A stretch of 36,746 nt of DNA from Octopus sinensis. Lineage: Eukaryota. Shown one piece after another: positions 1 through 10,287 of this stretch. The stretch lies in contig NW_021836873.1 in NCBI RefSeq assembly GCF_006345805.1, forward strand, positions 1 through 36,746, in the 5' to 3' direction. How positions within the stretch are numbered: position 1 is the stretch's first letter; the number at the start of each line of letters is the position of its first letter. The position numbers and the translations under genes are program-made. A model generated the notes under the pieces. That model did not search any database. It was not told the origin of the DNA and saw only the letters and a program-made list of their open reading frames with translations.

Positions 1-154
1 CTTTACGTATTCAATTCAAATTCCGCCAAGGTCGACTATGCTTTCCATCCTTTTGAAGTCGATAACTTAAATACCAATTGCGTACTAAGCTCGATCTAAT
101 TGACTTGCCCCCTCCCTCAGAATTTCGGGCCATGTGCTTAGAGTAGAAAAGAAA
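1..154 (+). mobile_element. SINE family A, 3' part (truncated by window edge)
   Basis: ttcaaattccgccaaggtcgac...tcgatctaattgac...agagtagaaaag matches the body and tail of the copies at 31683-32262 and 35471-35691. Confidence 0.85.
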
Positions 155-216
155 GGAATAATCATTTCTATTAATGGCATAAGACCTGGATTTTCTGGGG
201 AGCGGGACAGTCGCCC

Positions 217-366
217 AAATCGACGCCAGGACTTATTCTTTGTAAACCTAGTACTTATTCTATCAGCATCGGTTTTGCCTAACTGGTAGGTTAGGGCGAC
301 GTAAGCACACCAGCTTCGGTTTTCATGCAATGGTGGGGGAACAAACACGAATACACAAATACATAC

Positions 367-416
<50 letters not shown>

Positions 417-552
417 CTGGCCTCTTTTAGTTTCCGTCAACCAAATCCACTCAGAGGGCTTTGGTTGACCCGAGGCTATAGTAGAAGACACCTGTCCAAG
501 GTGCCGCGCAGTGGAACTGAACCCGAAACCATGTGGTTAGGAAGCCACTCCT
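217..552 (-). mobile_element. SINE family B (tRNA-like head, central microsatellite, tail)
   Basis: Reverse complement starts ggagtggcttcctaaccacatggtttcgggttcag; homologous to the intact copy at 34654-35097; central (CATA)n(TA)n. Confidence 0.85.
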
Positions 553-1229
553 GTGCCTATGTGTTTGTGTATGTATGTGCTGTGTACGTGCGTGTGTTTG
601 TATGTGTGTGTGTGTGTGTGTATGTGTGTGTGTGTGTGTGTTGGTGTGTGTGTGTGTGTGTGTGTGCACGGGTCTCAGAAATATTGACCAGGAGGGAAAC
701 AAATTCTACAGTGGTTGAAACAGGTTATATGAGTTTCGATGTGTCAATAGTGGGGTAATTTAAACACCCAAATACTGGAGAATCAAGGCACACACAGACG
801 CACACACAAAAGACACGCACACACGCAACACACACTCACACGCACAAAAGACTCACACGCACAAAAGACACACAGACATATGCACACACATATACATATA
901 CATGAAGAGGCTCCACAGATAAGCCCACGTGCACACACGTACTTACACACCGCGCACATACACAGACGTCACATGCACACACACCCAAACATCATACACA
1001 CACATACATAGTGCATACAAACATATCGCGCACCTACACACATACACACACTCATACATACACACACGAAGCGCACAAAATCATCGCGCCCACGCAAACA
1101 TTGCGCTCACAGTAACATCGCACACGCAAACACATCGCACACATACAGATCGCGCACACACACATCGCGCACGTACACACATCACATACACACGCATGCA
1201 CATAAACACAGAAACCATCACACACATAC

Positions 1230-1280
<51 letters not shown>

Positions 1281-1400
1281 TGCTTGCGCGGGCGTACGCG
1301 CGACCGACCAGAGCACGATTCCCTTGTACACACGCACTCGCACCACAAAACACCCAGTACGTAAAGTTATATCTAATGCGTAATGTTTTATGCAAACACA
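553..1400. repeat. (TG)n tract followed by a long degenerate CA-rich low-complexity region
   Basis: (TG)n at about 553-670; CA-rich from about 785-1400 with recurring cacatcgc(gc)ac variants. Confidence 0.9.
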
Positions 1401-1744
1401 CATATTCTCACACGCATAGTAAGAAATATATTTGATGTGAAATGTAGATTGCAAACACAGCATAAATTTCAACGTGACGAGTATGTTTACCAACATCACA
1501 CAATCATTGAATCTTATTATGTTGCTGACCTCGGCTGGATTCGATTTCTTTTTCTTTTCTATCTATTGCATTTTATTTTTCCGTTTGCCTATTTTAAAAT
1601 TAGTTCACTGACATTCTTACGTACATGTACGCGCACACATCAACAAACGCGCATATAAAGACGCAATCGCGTGCACATGCAGACACACACACACACAATA
1701 TCATACACAACAGTCTTGTAAACACACGTATCTGTGCATACATA

Positions 1745-1795
<51 letters not shown>

Positions 1796-1980
1796 TGTGT
1801 GGTGTGTTTGTATATAATCTATGTATGATGTATAAACATTATATATATTCTATATATATATGTATATACATATATATATATATATATATAATATATATGT
1901 ATGTATATCCATATATATAATATTGTTTGTATACTATATCCATGTGTGTATGTATTTATGCATATCAACCACAATACAGA

Positions 1981-2060
1981 AATGGTACCCAATTCATCGA
2001 CCCCGAAAGGATGAAAGGCAAAGTCGACCTCGGTAGAATTTGAACTCAGAACATAAAAAC
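1981..2060 (-). mobile_element. SINE family A fragment
   Basis: atcgaccccgaaaggatgaaaggcaaagtcgacctcggtagaatttgaactcagaac; cut off at the MITE junction. Confidence 0.85.
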
Positions 2061-2295
2061 AGGTGGTGCATAATTATTGCGGTTTTTTTTTTTTCCAACA
2101 AATTTTATTCAACAAAAACAATAACAATATTAACAAAAACGTCTTTAAATGACGGTCTGACCGTCTGCCAAGCAAATGGGAAGCAGTAATTGAAGTAGAT
2201 GGTGAATATGCTCCGGAACTTTTTTGTTACATGTTGTTTTTGTTGAATATTAATTTGTTGAAAAAAAGTCGCAATAATTATGCACCAACCCAATA
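2061..2295 (+). mobile_element. Mariner-derived MITE with extended inverted repeats
   Basis: TIR aggtggtgcataattattgcg / cgcaataattatgcaccaacccaa-TA; inverted similarity extends about 65 bp; interior encodes DRLPSKWEAVIEVDGEYAPE, like a mariner transposase C-terminus. Confidence 0.85.
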
Positions 2296-3216
2296 TATAC
2301 GTGTGTGTATGCATATATATATATATATATTTATGCAAGCGCGCACACATGTATGTATGTGTGTACATATACGTGTTTATACATATGTATATATGGGTAC
2401 ATGTATATATGTATAGTTTTGTTTATATATATGTATACACATACACACATATATGTAAAATTATAAATACATTTACAATTATATATAAGTGTAGTTGTGT
2501 ATGTATATAAGTGTGTGTGAGTGAGTGAAAGAGAGAGATAAAGAGTGAGAGAGTGAGAAAAAGAAAGTGAGAGATATAGTGGGGTATAAAGTGTATGCGT
2601 ATATACACACGCACACACCTTGCAAATACATCCACAGCGTGCACCCACATATATAAATAGTGTTTTGATATTTTTTGAAAGGTGTACATGCTTAACATTC
2701 CTTTAGAGCCAAAAACTTTGGTGTCCGTGTCATTTTAACACCACCTGTGAATGCGTAATGAACCTCCTCGCCTGTTAGATCAGTTTTAATTTTTGCGATC
2801 TAATATTTCTGCGGGTATAAATAGCTAATAGTTGAAAAAATCCAGGCCGCCTCCATGTATATGGCGATTATAAGAAAAAACAACTTAGGAACGTAAACAA
2901 GTTTATTAGAAAATCTAAAGGTTTATAAAGTGTTGGTTTATAAATTGATGAGGTGTAAGTTATGTCACGGGCAGAGCCTAGCATGCTTTGTGATACGTCT
3001 TAACTGCATCTGAACATGTGGAAAACTCAGATAGTTGTATAGAGAAACACACCTTGAGAGAATATGAACACGTAGTTCTTAGTGCTTTTTATTTCAAGGA
3101 TCAGTGGATATCAAATTTTTGGTACATTTCAAACAGAAGTTTTAATAAAAATGATTTATCGTTAAAAAAGTTGAGAATAAAATATAGAAAGCTATATATA
3201 TTTAGATAGATAGATT

Positions 3217-3512
3217 GTGGAGGCACAAAGCCTTGTGATTAGAGAAGCAGCCGAGAGATCGCGGATTCAAATCTCAAACGAGCCGTTTATGAGTGAAACA
3301 CCTAGGCTCAACGCGGCTCCGGTAGGTAATTGCAAGGTAATGGCGAACTTCTACTGACACTTTCTCCACAACTTTCTCTCACTCTTTCCTTCTGCATCTA
3401 GCAGCTAACCTGCGAAAGATCGGCGTCCTTTCCAGGTGGGTACCCTATACGCCAAAGCAACCGAGAGTTTGGCCCTTATCAGCCAGGCATGGCTCGAGAA
3501 GGAACAAGCAAC
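3217..3512 (+). mobile_element. SINE family C, tail type 1 (degenerate)
   Basis: Homologous along its length to 24633-24915 (gtggaggc head, ctttctctcactctttcc core, ctatacgccaa...gagccagg tail). Confidence 0.85.
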
Positions 3513-3518
3513 ATAGGT

Positions 3519-3849
3519 GCTCGCCTGGCCGTGTTGCTAAGAAGCTGACTTTCTAACAACGTGGTTTCGCGATCACGTACAATACCTGTAACCAATGCTT
3601 TGTGAATGAATTCAGTAGACGTAAGCAGTGTGGAAGTCATATATATATATATATATAGTCCAAATTTACAGAAAACGAAAGACGAAGATAGGTGTAAGAA
3701 TAACAAGGAGGTGTATTAGTTTAACGCTTGGGAAAAATGGAAGTCTTTTACGTCTCGAGACTACGCTCTTCAACGGAAAGGATTAAGAGGAAAAAGTGGA
3801 CAAATGACGTACAGAGTTCAACATATATGTGTGGGTGTATGTGTGTGTA

Positions 3850-3896
<47 letters not shown>

Positions 3897-4095
3897 GTGT
3901 GTGATTTTATGCTTTTCTAATCTACTGCACGACAAATATTACTGATTTGTTTAGGTCCCGAACTTAACGGTTCGACAAAAGAGATAAATAGAAAATAAGT
4001 GCTTGGCTGAAAAGTAAATACTGGGGTCGATTTGTTCAACGAATATCCATTCAAACTGGTGCCCCAGCATGGCCAAAGTGCAATGACTGCAACGT
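3519..4095 (+). mobile_element. Old SINE family B copy interrupted by a nested insert
   Basis: Decayed head 3519-3645, (TA)n, insert 3657-3820, microsatellite, then B tail (cggttcgacaaaagag...ccccagcatggcc) 3945-4095. Confidence 0.65.
3657..3820 (-). mobile_element. PLE-like terminal-repeat fragment with a degenerate hammerhead
   Basis: Minus strand CTTT-CCGTTGA-A-GAG..CTC-GAG-ACGT-A-AAAG; same layout as 35197-35411; ends in (TA)n. Confidence 0.55.
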
Positions 4096-4204
4096 GCATT
4101 CCGACCAAACACACTTACGAATAATGCGATTTTCAAGACGCCCGTTCATTAGTTTGTATTATCTAAATCCCTAAAATTATATTTTTAAAAGTCTGCAGTG
4201 TATC

Positions 4205-4392
4205 GACGTTGACACTTGACCTGCTAAAAATAACAGCCATATTTTCTTCGGATTACATCCCGTCGTCTAAAAATCTGTTGGATTCATTGCATAGTGTTGT
4301 TGTAGAAAGAAAAAAAGTCATGGTCGCACCTGACACCGAACTGTAAGCACAAATCTCCCCAACCAGGCTGACCTGGGGTGAAAAGCAACATC
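4205..4392 (-). repeat. Old interspersed repeat fragment (family D)
   Basis: gctgttatttttagcagg and ccccaggtcagcctgg motifs on the minus strand recur at 23238-23545, about 9935-9950 and about 13880-13975. Confidence 0.5.
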
Positions 4393-4849
4393 TTTTAGAA
4401 TTACTCTACTTTCACAATGTTAAGCTGACTCTTTCAGCTGTAAAAGCTTGACCCAATGGGCTGCAGGTCATCCTTATTACTTCTCTTTTACTCGCACAAA
4501 CAGATCAGGAGCTGACACGTGTTACAGAGCTGTCTCTCATAAGCAGATTGTTGGTTTAGTTATTTAAAAGAAGAAAAAAATCAAAGAGCAAAACGATAGA
4601 TTCTTTTGATGGCGATCGTGATTTGTTATTTAAGAGTATGATATCAGAAGTTAAATGGACAAGTGAAAATAGACGCTGAGTTTGAAGGGTTCTGGGACGG
4701 GTGTCTCAGCTGTCGATAAATCTCTTATGGATTTTATTATCCATCTAAGCGATGTGGGCCTTCATCTAGCACAGCATATTACCGAATTTGTGTTAGATCT
4801 ACGGCTCCAAGTTTTCTGTTCTTGCAATCACGAATTTCTGTCACTTTAT

Positions 4850-5520
4850 GCGTGTGGCCACCATTTCTTGCATTCTGGTCTCATTTCTTTCTGTCTATTT
4901 TTTGTGCTTTTTCTTTTTCTTTCGTCCACTCTAATATTTGGCTTCTCGTCTACTGTTTCCACGTCTCCCTCATTATTGCAAGATGATGTAGCAGCGCTAC
5001 TGAACATGGCTTCTGATTGACTCAGTGCCGGGAGAAGACTTCTTTGCGCGTCACTTCGTTGTCGGTCTCTGATGCAGGTGGCTCTGTAGTTAAGATGATT
5101 ACTTTTTGGTTTTGGCTACCATCAGTATTCTAATCAGGGTTTGCCAACAGTGGCAATCTTGATTCTCTTCCCTAAGGAGTCTACCGCTTTTGTTACTATC
5201 TCCGCTACTCTCCTTCCCCTTCTACTCGTGCTACAGTGTGTGGAAGACCCACAAATTCACTTTACATCTATTTGAATATTAACTGCTATTTCTCCTCTGC
5301 ACCATCAACCTCACTGCCTTCCCATCTGCTCCCATAATAGAGTACAACTTGGAGACAGCTGCCAAATATTTGAGCTCCAGTGCTTACACATCAATGTGGA
5401 CGTCATCCAATGACACGTTGTTACGTATCATCTCAGCGCTCACTATATTCCCGTACTGCATCGCAAATGTGCCAACATGCCTGCAGTGATCGTTTATACC
5501 AATGCCATTGGTTGTCATCC
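4850..5520 (-). pseudogene. Decayed non-LTR retrotransposon ORF1 (gag-like) remnant
   Basis: Broken frame FAMQYGNIVSAEMIR...IMGADGKAVRLMVQRR followed by a frameshifted C-K-V-C-G-S-S-T-H knuckle-like motif; stops and frameshifts throughout. Confidence 0.4.
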
Positions 5521-5681
5521 TCGTATTTTGTTTCCATATTTACTTCTGCACCAGCTTGTAGTATTAAAGACTAGCAATTCACTTCCATAGCCTTATCTTA
5601 GTTGATAGAACACTAATTCTTCAACAAATCAGCCATGGGCTAGATGGCCATGTAAACGAAAATCTCGTGTAGTAGACTCAC

Positions 5682-5865
5682 CAATTTTCAGGTTGTTCTC
5701 TCTTAGCTGTTACATATTCAGCTGTTTCTTCATTCAGGCAGAAGGCCTTCAGTCATTTATCCAAAGCGAAATATATCAGTGACGGCTTTTGAAATAACGA
5801 TGACTTTTTTCAGTTAAGAGCACGTCTGATATTCCTTATATTTATTGAGAGAACTCGTCTTACTA
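5682..5865 (-). pseudogene. Exon-like segment with two in-frame TGA codons
   Basis: Acceptor ttttttcctacctttcatattag, donor TTG|gtgagt; best frame VRRVLSINIRNIRRALN*KKSSLFQKPSLIYFALDK*LKAFCLNEETAEYVTAKREQPEN. Confidence 0.2.
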
Positions 5866-6030
5866 CTAATATGAAAGGTAGGAAAAAAAAAACGAAAATT
5901 GAATAAAATATAATACATATCAAAATTCATTTGAACAACGTTCTAAATTTTATATTTAAGTGTTATTTCAAGCAAAATATTTGCATTCGTTGTTATCTTA
6001 CTGCATTTCTGCATATATTTATTAACTCAC

Positions 6031-6199
6031 CAAATTTGAAATACCAACACGTGGAGATGGGATTGGTGTTAAAGAGTACATATCACCTACCCGTTTAACT
6101 GGTGTTCTTTTATGTTCATGAGAGAGACACAATTCATATCCCCAGTTTATTTCAGCCCACGTATTACTTTCAACTACAAGTCCAACAACTCTTAAATAG
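6031..6199 (-). CDS. Candidate internal coding exon (169 nt, phase 2 to 0), product unidentified
   Basis: Acceptor ttattagttgcttctag, donor TTG|gtgagt; fully open YLRVVGLVVESNTWAEINWGYELCLSHEHKRTPVKRVGDMYSLTPIPSPRVGISNL; non-repetitive sequence. Confidence 0.4.
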
Positions 6200-6506
6200 C
6201 TAGAAGCAACTAATAACAAACTTTATTATTAACTGCGTATGTGTATATTTTTTCTCTTTTCCGAGAATTTAAGAATCTGATTCATGCGCCCACAAGCCTA
6301 AGAAAAGTCACCAAAAATAATCGTACTTACTAGTTTCTCATGTATTCTTAACTAATCTGGGAAGCTTTGCAATACTTCTATATCTAAATTGTTCAGATAA
6401 AGGGTATATTCTGTCCCCATTGTAGCACATCTGAACACGTTCAAACAGGTTGGGGATAAAATTGACAACACACACACACACACCACACACACACAACACA
6501 CACATA

Positions 6507-6663
6507 TAGTGGCTGTGTGGTAAGTAGCTTGCTTAAAAACCATATGGTTCTGGGTTCAGTCCCACTGCGTGGCACCTTGGGCAAGTGTCTTCTATTATAT
6601 CCTCGGGCCGACCCAAGCCTTGTGAGTGGAATTTGGTTGACGGAAACTGTAAGAAGTCTGTCG

Positions 6664-6718
<55 letters not shown>

Positions 6719-6740
6719 GTGTGTGTGTGTGTGTGTGTAC
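6507..6740 (+). mobile_element. SINE family B, 5' half plus microsatellite
   Basis: agtggctgtgtggtaag...gggttcagtcccactgcgtggcaccttgggcaag then (TA)n(TG)n; tail absent. Confidence 0.9.
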
Positions 6741-6750
6741 ATATGTATAT

Positions 6751-7070
6751 GGTGAAGGCGCTTGGCTTAGTGGTTAGGGCATTCGGCTCACGATAGTAAG
6801 GTCGTGAGTTCAATTCCTGGCGATGCGTTGTGTCCTTGAGCAAGACACTTTCTTTCACGTTGCTTCAGTCCACTCAGCGAGCAAAAATGAGTAGGACCTG
6901 TATTTCAAAGGGCCAGCCTTGTCACACTGTGTCACGCTGAATCTCCATGAGAACTACGATAAGGGTACACGTGTCTGAGGAGTGCTCAGCCACTTACACG
7001 CTAATTTCACGAGCAAGCTGTTCCGTTGATCGTATCAGCTAGGTCCCTCGTCATCGTAACTCAGTGCTTC
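6751..7070 (+). mobile_element. SINE family E (tRNA-like head, tail shared with family C type 2)
   Basis: A box tggcttagtgg, B box gagttcaattcc, then gtgtccttgagcaagacact; tail cctgtatttcaaagggccagcc...ccctcgtcatcgtaac. Confidence 0.85.
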
Positions 7071-7073
7071 TTT

Positions 7074-7440
7074 GTGGAGGCGCAATGGCCCAGTGGTTAG
7101 AGCAGAAGGCTCGCGGTTTTGATTTCCAGACCGGGCGTTGTGAGTGTTTATTGAGCGAAAACACCTAAAGCTCCACGAAGCACCGACAGGTGATGGTGAT
7201 TGACCCTGCTGTATTCTTTCACCATAACTTTCTCTCATTCTTTTTTCCAGTTTCTGTTGTACCTGTATTTCAAAGGTCCAACCTTGTCACACTCTATGTC
7301 ACGCTGAATCTCCCCGAGAACTACTTTAAGGGTACACGTGTCTGTGGAGTGCTCAGTTACTTGAGCGTTAATTTCACGAGCAGTCTGTTCCGTTGATCGG
7401 ATCAACTGGAACCCTTGCCGTCGTAACCGATGGAGTATCT
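7074..7440 (+). mobile_element. SINE family C, tail type 2
   Basis: gtggaggcgcaatggcccagtggttag head; homologous to 24053-24432. Confidence 0.9.
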
Positions 7441-7661
7441 AGGGATTGCTTTCTTTACTTGTTTTTGTCATTAAACTGCGGCAATGCTGGGGCACCGCTT
7501 TGATGAATTTTAGTCGAATGAGTGTATGGATATATATATATATATATCCATACACACACGTACATGCATGCACACACATATACATGCATGCACACAAGCA
7601 CACGCACACACACACGCACACACACAAACGCACGCACGCACACACTCACACTCAGAGACAC

Positions 7662-7920
7662 ACCGTCATCACCGCGATCACCGTGACCGACGAAGCTATC
7701 AGATGTTACTGCACATCGCTGGTCACAATGCGCTTCGCATTGTTTTAGCCTAGAAATGACGCCACTCTGCTGGTTAAGCGAGCAGGCCAACAGAAGAAAG
7801 AGTGAGAAAAAGTTGTGGCGAAAGAGTACAGCAGGGATCGCCACCACCCCCTGCCGGAGCGTCGTGGAGCTTTTAGGTGTTTTCGCTCAATAAATACTCA
7901 CAAAACCGGTGTGGGAATCT
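7662..7920 (-). mobile_element. SINE family C, tail type 3 (5'-truncated)
   Basis: Shares the C core (gagcgaaaacacctaaaagctccacg...ctcactctttc) but continues ttctgttggcctgctcgc...(cacggtgat)-like terminal repeats. Confidence 0.8.
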
Positions 7921-8765
7921 CTCTATCATATATATCATTCTTGTTCGATGTCGATTGTTACTCTAAGTTTCTCTCCTGTTGTTCTTGATTTTGTTATTCA
8001 GTGAAGTTAAACCATGAATTACACACACAAGAACACACACGTAAGAAAGAAAAAAAACTATCGTCAACTATAACAGAAGAGATAAAAGACTCCGTTGTTG
8101 TACGGTGTGGTTTTGATATTTCATACATGGACGGAAACTTTGATAAAATTCAATCTGCGTGATAAAATGTACTTTTGTGCTCGAAACTACCTTTTATTGG
8201 GTTGTTATTTATTTGGACTATTCATTCAGAATTACATTCATATCTCCTAACTTCCGTTGAACAAAAAAAAAAAAAGAAAAAATCGAAAAGGAAAATAAAA
8301 AACACAGCATTCACAGAATTATTAACAGAATTATGATATTTCAGATTAATTTTGATCTCTCACCTTATTGGGTCGTGTCCAATAATGTTCACTAATTAAG
8401 CTATATTATTATTGGTGCACTCGTTGTTGCTCTATTGGAAACATGTAGCTGGTCTGGTTTGATCCCTTTATATTTTCTGATACTTCCTACCTCATGTTTC
8501 TATCTAGAAAATATCAAACGTTCCTGGACAGAATATTTTGTACTGTACTTTTCTTTATATTAGTTTTTTTTTATATACAGATTTTGGTTAAAATCTATAG
8601 GTATACTTTCTGGCCGAGTATAATACAGAAACAAAACACTGTTAACGATCTAGTCCTATTTTCGTCGAACACCAAAGGTGTGCTTTATCGTGTGCAGATC
8701 GGTCTCTTCGATTTACTCAAATTCTTCGTGGGATTATAAAGTTTGTTACTGTGAGTAATAAATGA

Positions 8766-9144
8766 TGGCGCAATCTTTGATGAATTCTAAACACACGACT
8801 AAAATTAAGTCGATAGGTCACACATTTTTGAGCACGAACCTATCTGAAGGGAAGGTGTTTATATCAATCTCTTACACACAATGATAGTTTAGAATGTCTA
8901 GATATAGCTTCTAGTACAGTTTAGCATAACGCGTTGGTAATTGCTCTGTCGAGCTAGCAGACAGGAAAGCGTCATTATATGCAAATCGGTTTATCCTTGT
9001 TACTTATTCATTCACTTATTTATAGTGGATAATTTGTAAGCAATGGCTTTGAGGACAGTTCATGAAGTCAAAACACACGATTGAAACGAAGCTGGCTGTC
9101 TTTATCTGATCATGATTATACTGTATATGAAGAGAAAATGTTTA
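8766..9144 (+). repeat. Segment X, copy 1 of a ~375-bp inverted duplication
   Basis: Reverse complement of 19806-20179; about 18 substitutions and 2 indels by hand count (~95% identity). Confidence 0.95.
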
Positions 9145-9204
9145 TATTTCATTATTTACATTATTTACATTTGAAGGATCTTTGTCCTCATCTTGTTTGT
9201 CGTT

Positions 9205-9250
9205 AACACAGCATTTTGGCTGATATACCCTCCAGCCTTCATCAGGTGTC
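9205..9250 (-). ncRNA. Minimal type I hammerhead ribozyme motif, probably inactive (G12A)
   Basis: GACAC-CTGATGA-A-GGCTG..CAGCC-AAA-ATGC-T-GTGTT. Confidence 0.6.
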
Positions 9251-9302
9251 TTGCAGAAATTTCGAACATGGGTTCTCATTCCTAAGGTATTTTTCGATGT
9301 TG

Positions 9303-9350
<48 letters not shown>

Positions 9351-9461
9351 TATATTATTATTATTATTCAGGTGATTGCTTGGAATCGAATTCGGAATCT
9401 TGGGGTTAGTAGCCCGCGCTCTTAACCCCAAGATTCTTCGGAATTCGATTCCAGGCAGTAA

Positions 9462-9528
<67 letters not shown>

Positions 9529-9585
9529 GACAACGACATCGAAAAATACCTTAGGAATGAGAACCCATGTTCGAAATTTCCGCAA

Positions 9586-9631
9586 GACACCTGATGAAGG
9601 CTGGAGGGTATATCAGCCGAAATGTTGTGTT
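9586..9631 (+). ncRNA. Minimal type I hammerhead ribozyme motif (PLE-type)
   Basis: Stem I GACAC/GTGTT, core CTGATGA, extra A, stem II GGCTG/CAGCC, GAA, stem III ATGT (ACGT in sister copies), cleavage triplet GTT. Confidence 0.75.
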
Positions 9632-10087
9632 AACGACAAACAAGATGAATACAAATATCCTTCAAATGTAAATAATGTAAATAATGTACATAATTCCTCA
9701 TCTCTTAAATATAGAACTGTATGTTTATATTTGTCTATTGCATATGTTAAATACGGTCCACACACACACACACACACACACAGACCCACACACATTCACT
9801 GTGATACCATGTAGTGTTTATATCTAAAATTTAAATTTGTATTTTTTTTTTACACCTAAATAAGTATTTTCTACAGCTCACGGCAAACTATTTGCGAGCC
9901 ACAACAGAGGTGTGTGTGATCTGAGAGATACATGACTGTTATTTCTAGGATGTATTCGTTTCATTGGCTTGTCAGTTTATCAATAACATCTGGCGATCAG
10001 GCAGACATGTGAACCTACTTCAAATGTAATGGTTTCAATAGGAAATCGAACTATTGGTAGACAGCATAACCATTACCACAATGCAAC

Positions 10088-10128
<41 letters not shown>

Positions 10129-10287
10129 TGTATATATATATATAAGTTTCTATATGTATATACATTACTTTAATTTTCTTCCTCTCTTTTCTTTCTTCCT
10201 TCCTTTGTTTCTTTCTTTCGCTCTTTCTTTGCTCGCTTCTCTCTATCAGTTTCTCTGTCCGTATATATGCTTGCATATTTGTTTACG

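Larger units (their letters stand above)
9150..9721. mobile_element. Fold-back (head-to-head) dimer of a tRNA-headed, hammerhead-bearing SINE-like element, copy 1
   Basis: Left arm is the reverse complement of the right arm: body-(ATT)n-head | head-(AAT)n-body; centre cttggggtta-gtagcccgcgctct-taaccccaag. Confidence 0.9.

Noticed and set aside
2816-2823. TATAAATA as a promoter
   Set aside because: It is common by chance at this AT content and no supported transcript follows.
4682-5020. 112-aa plus-strand ORF with a hydrophobic stretch
   Set aside because: It starts at TTG, has no recognisable domain, and is better explained as the antisense shadow of a purine-rich retroelement remnant.
8581-8750. 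Plus-strand exon-like block with a strong acceptor and gtgagt donor
   Set aside because: All three frames contain stops before the donor; at most a non-coding exon, and unsupported.
8778-8847. TGATGA...CTGA pair in segment X as a C/D snoRNA
   Set aside because: The terminal stem is weak, there is no recognisable antisense element, and the C box is lost in copy 2.
8979-8986. ATGCAAAT octamer present in both X copies
   Set aside because: It is a single 8-mer in AT-rich DNA with no downstream snRNA; retention is expected at 95% identity.
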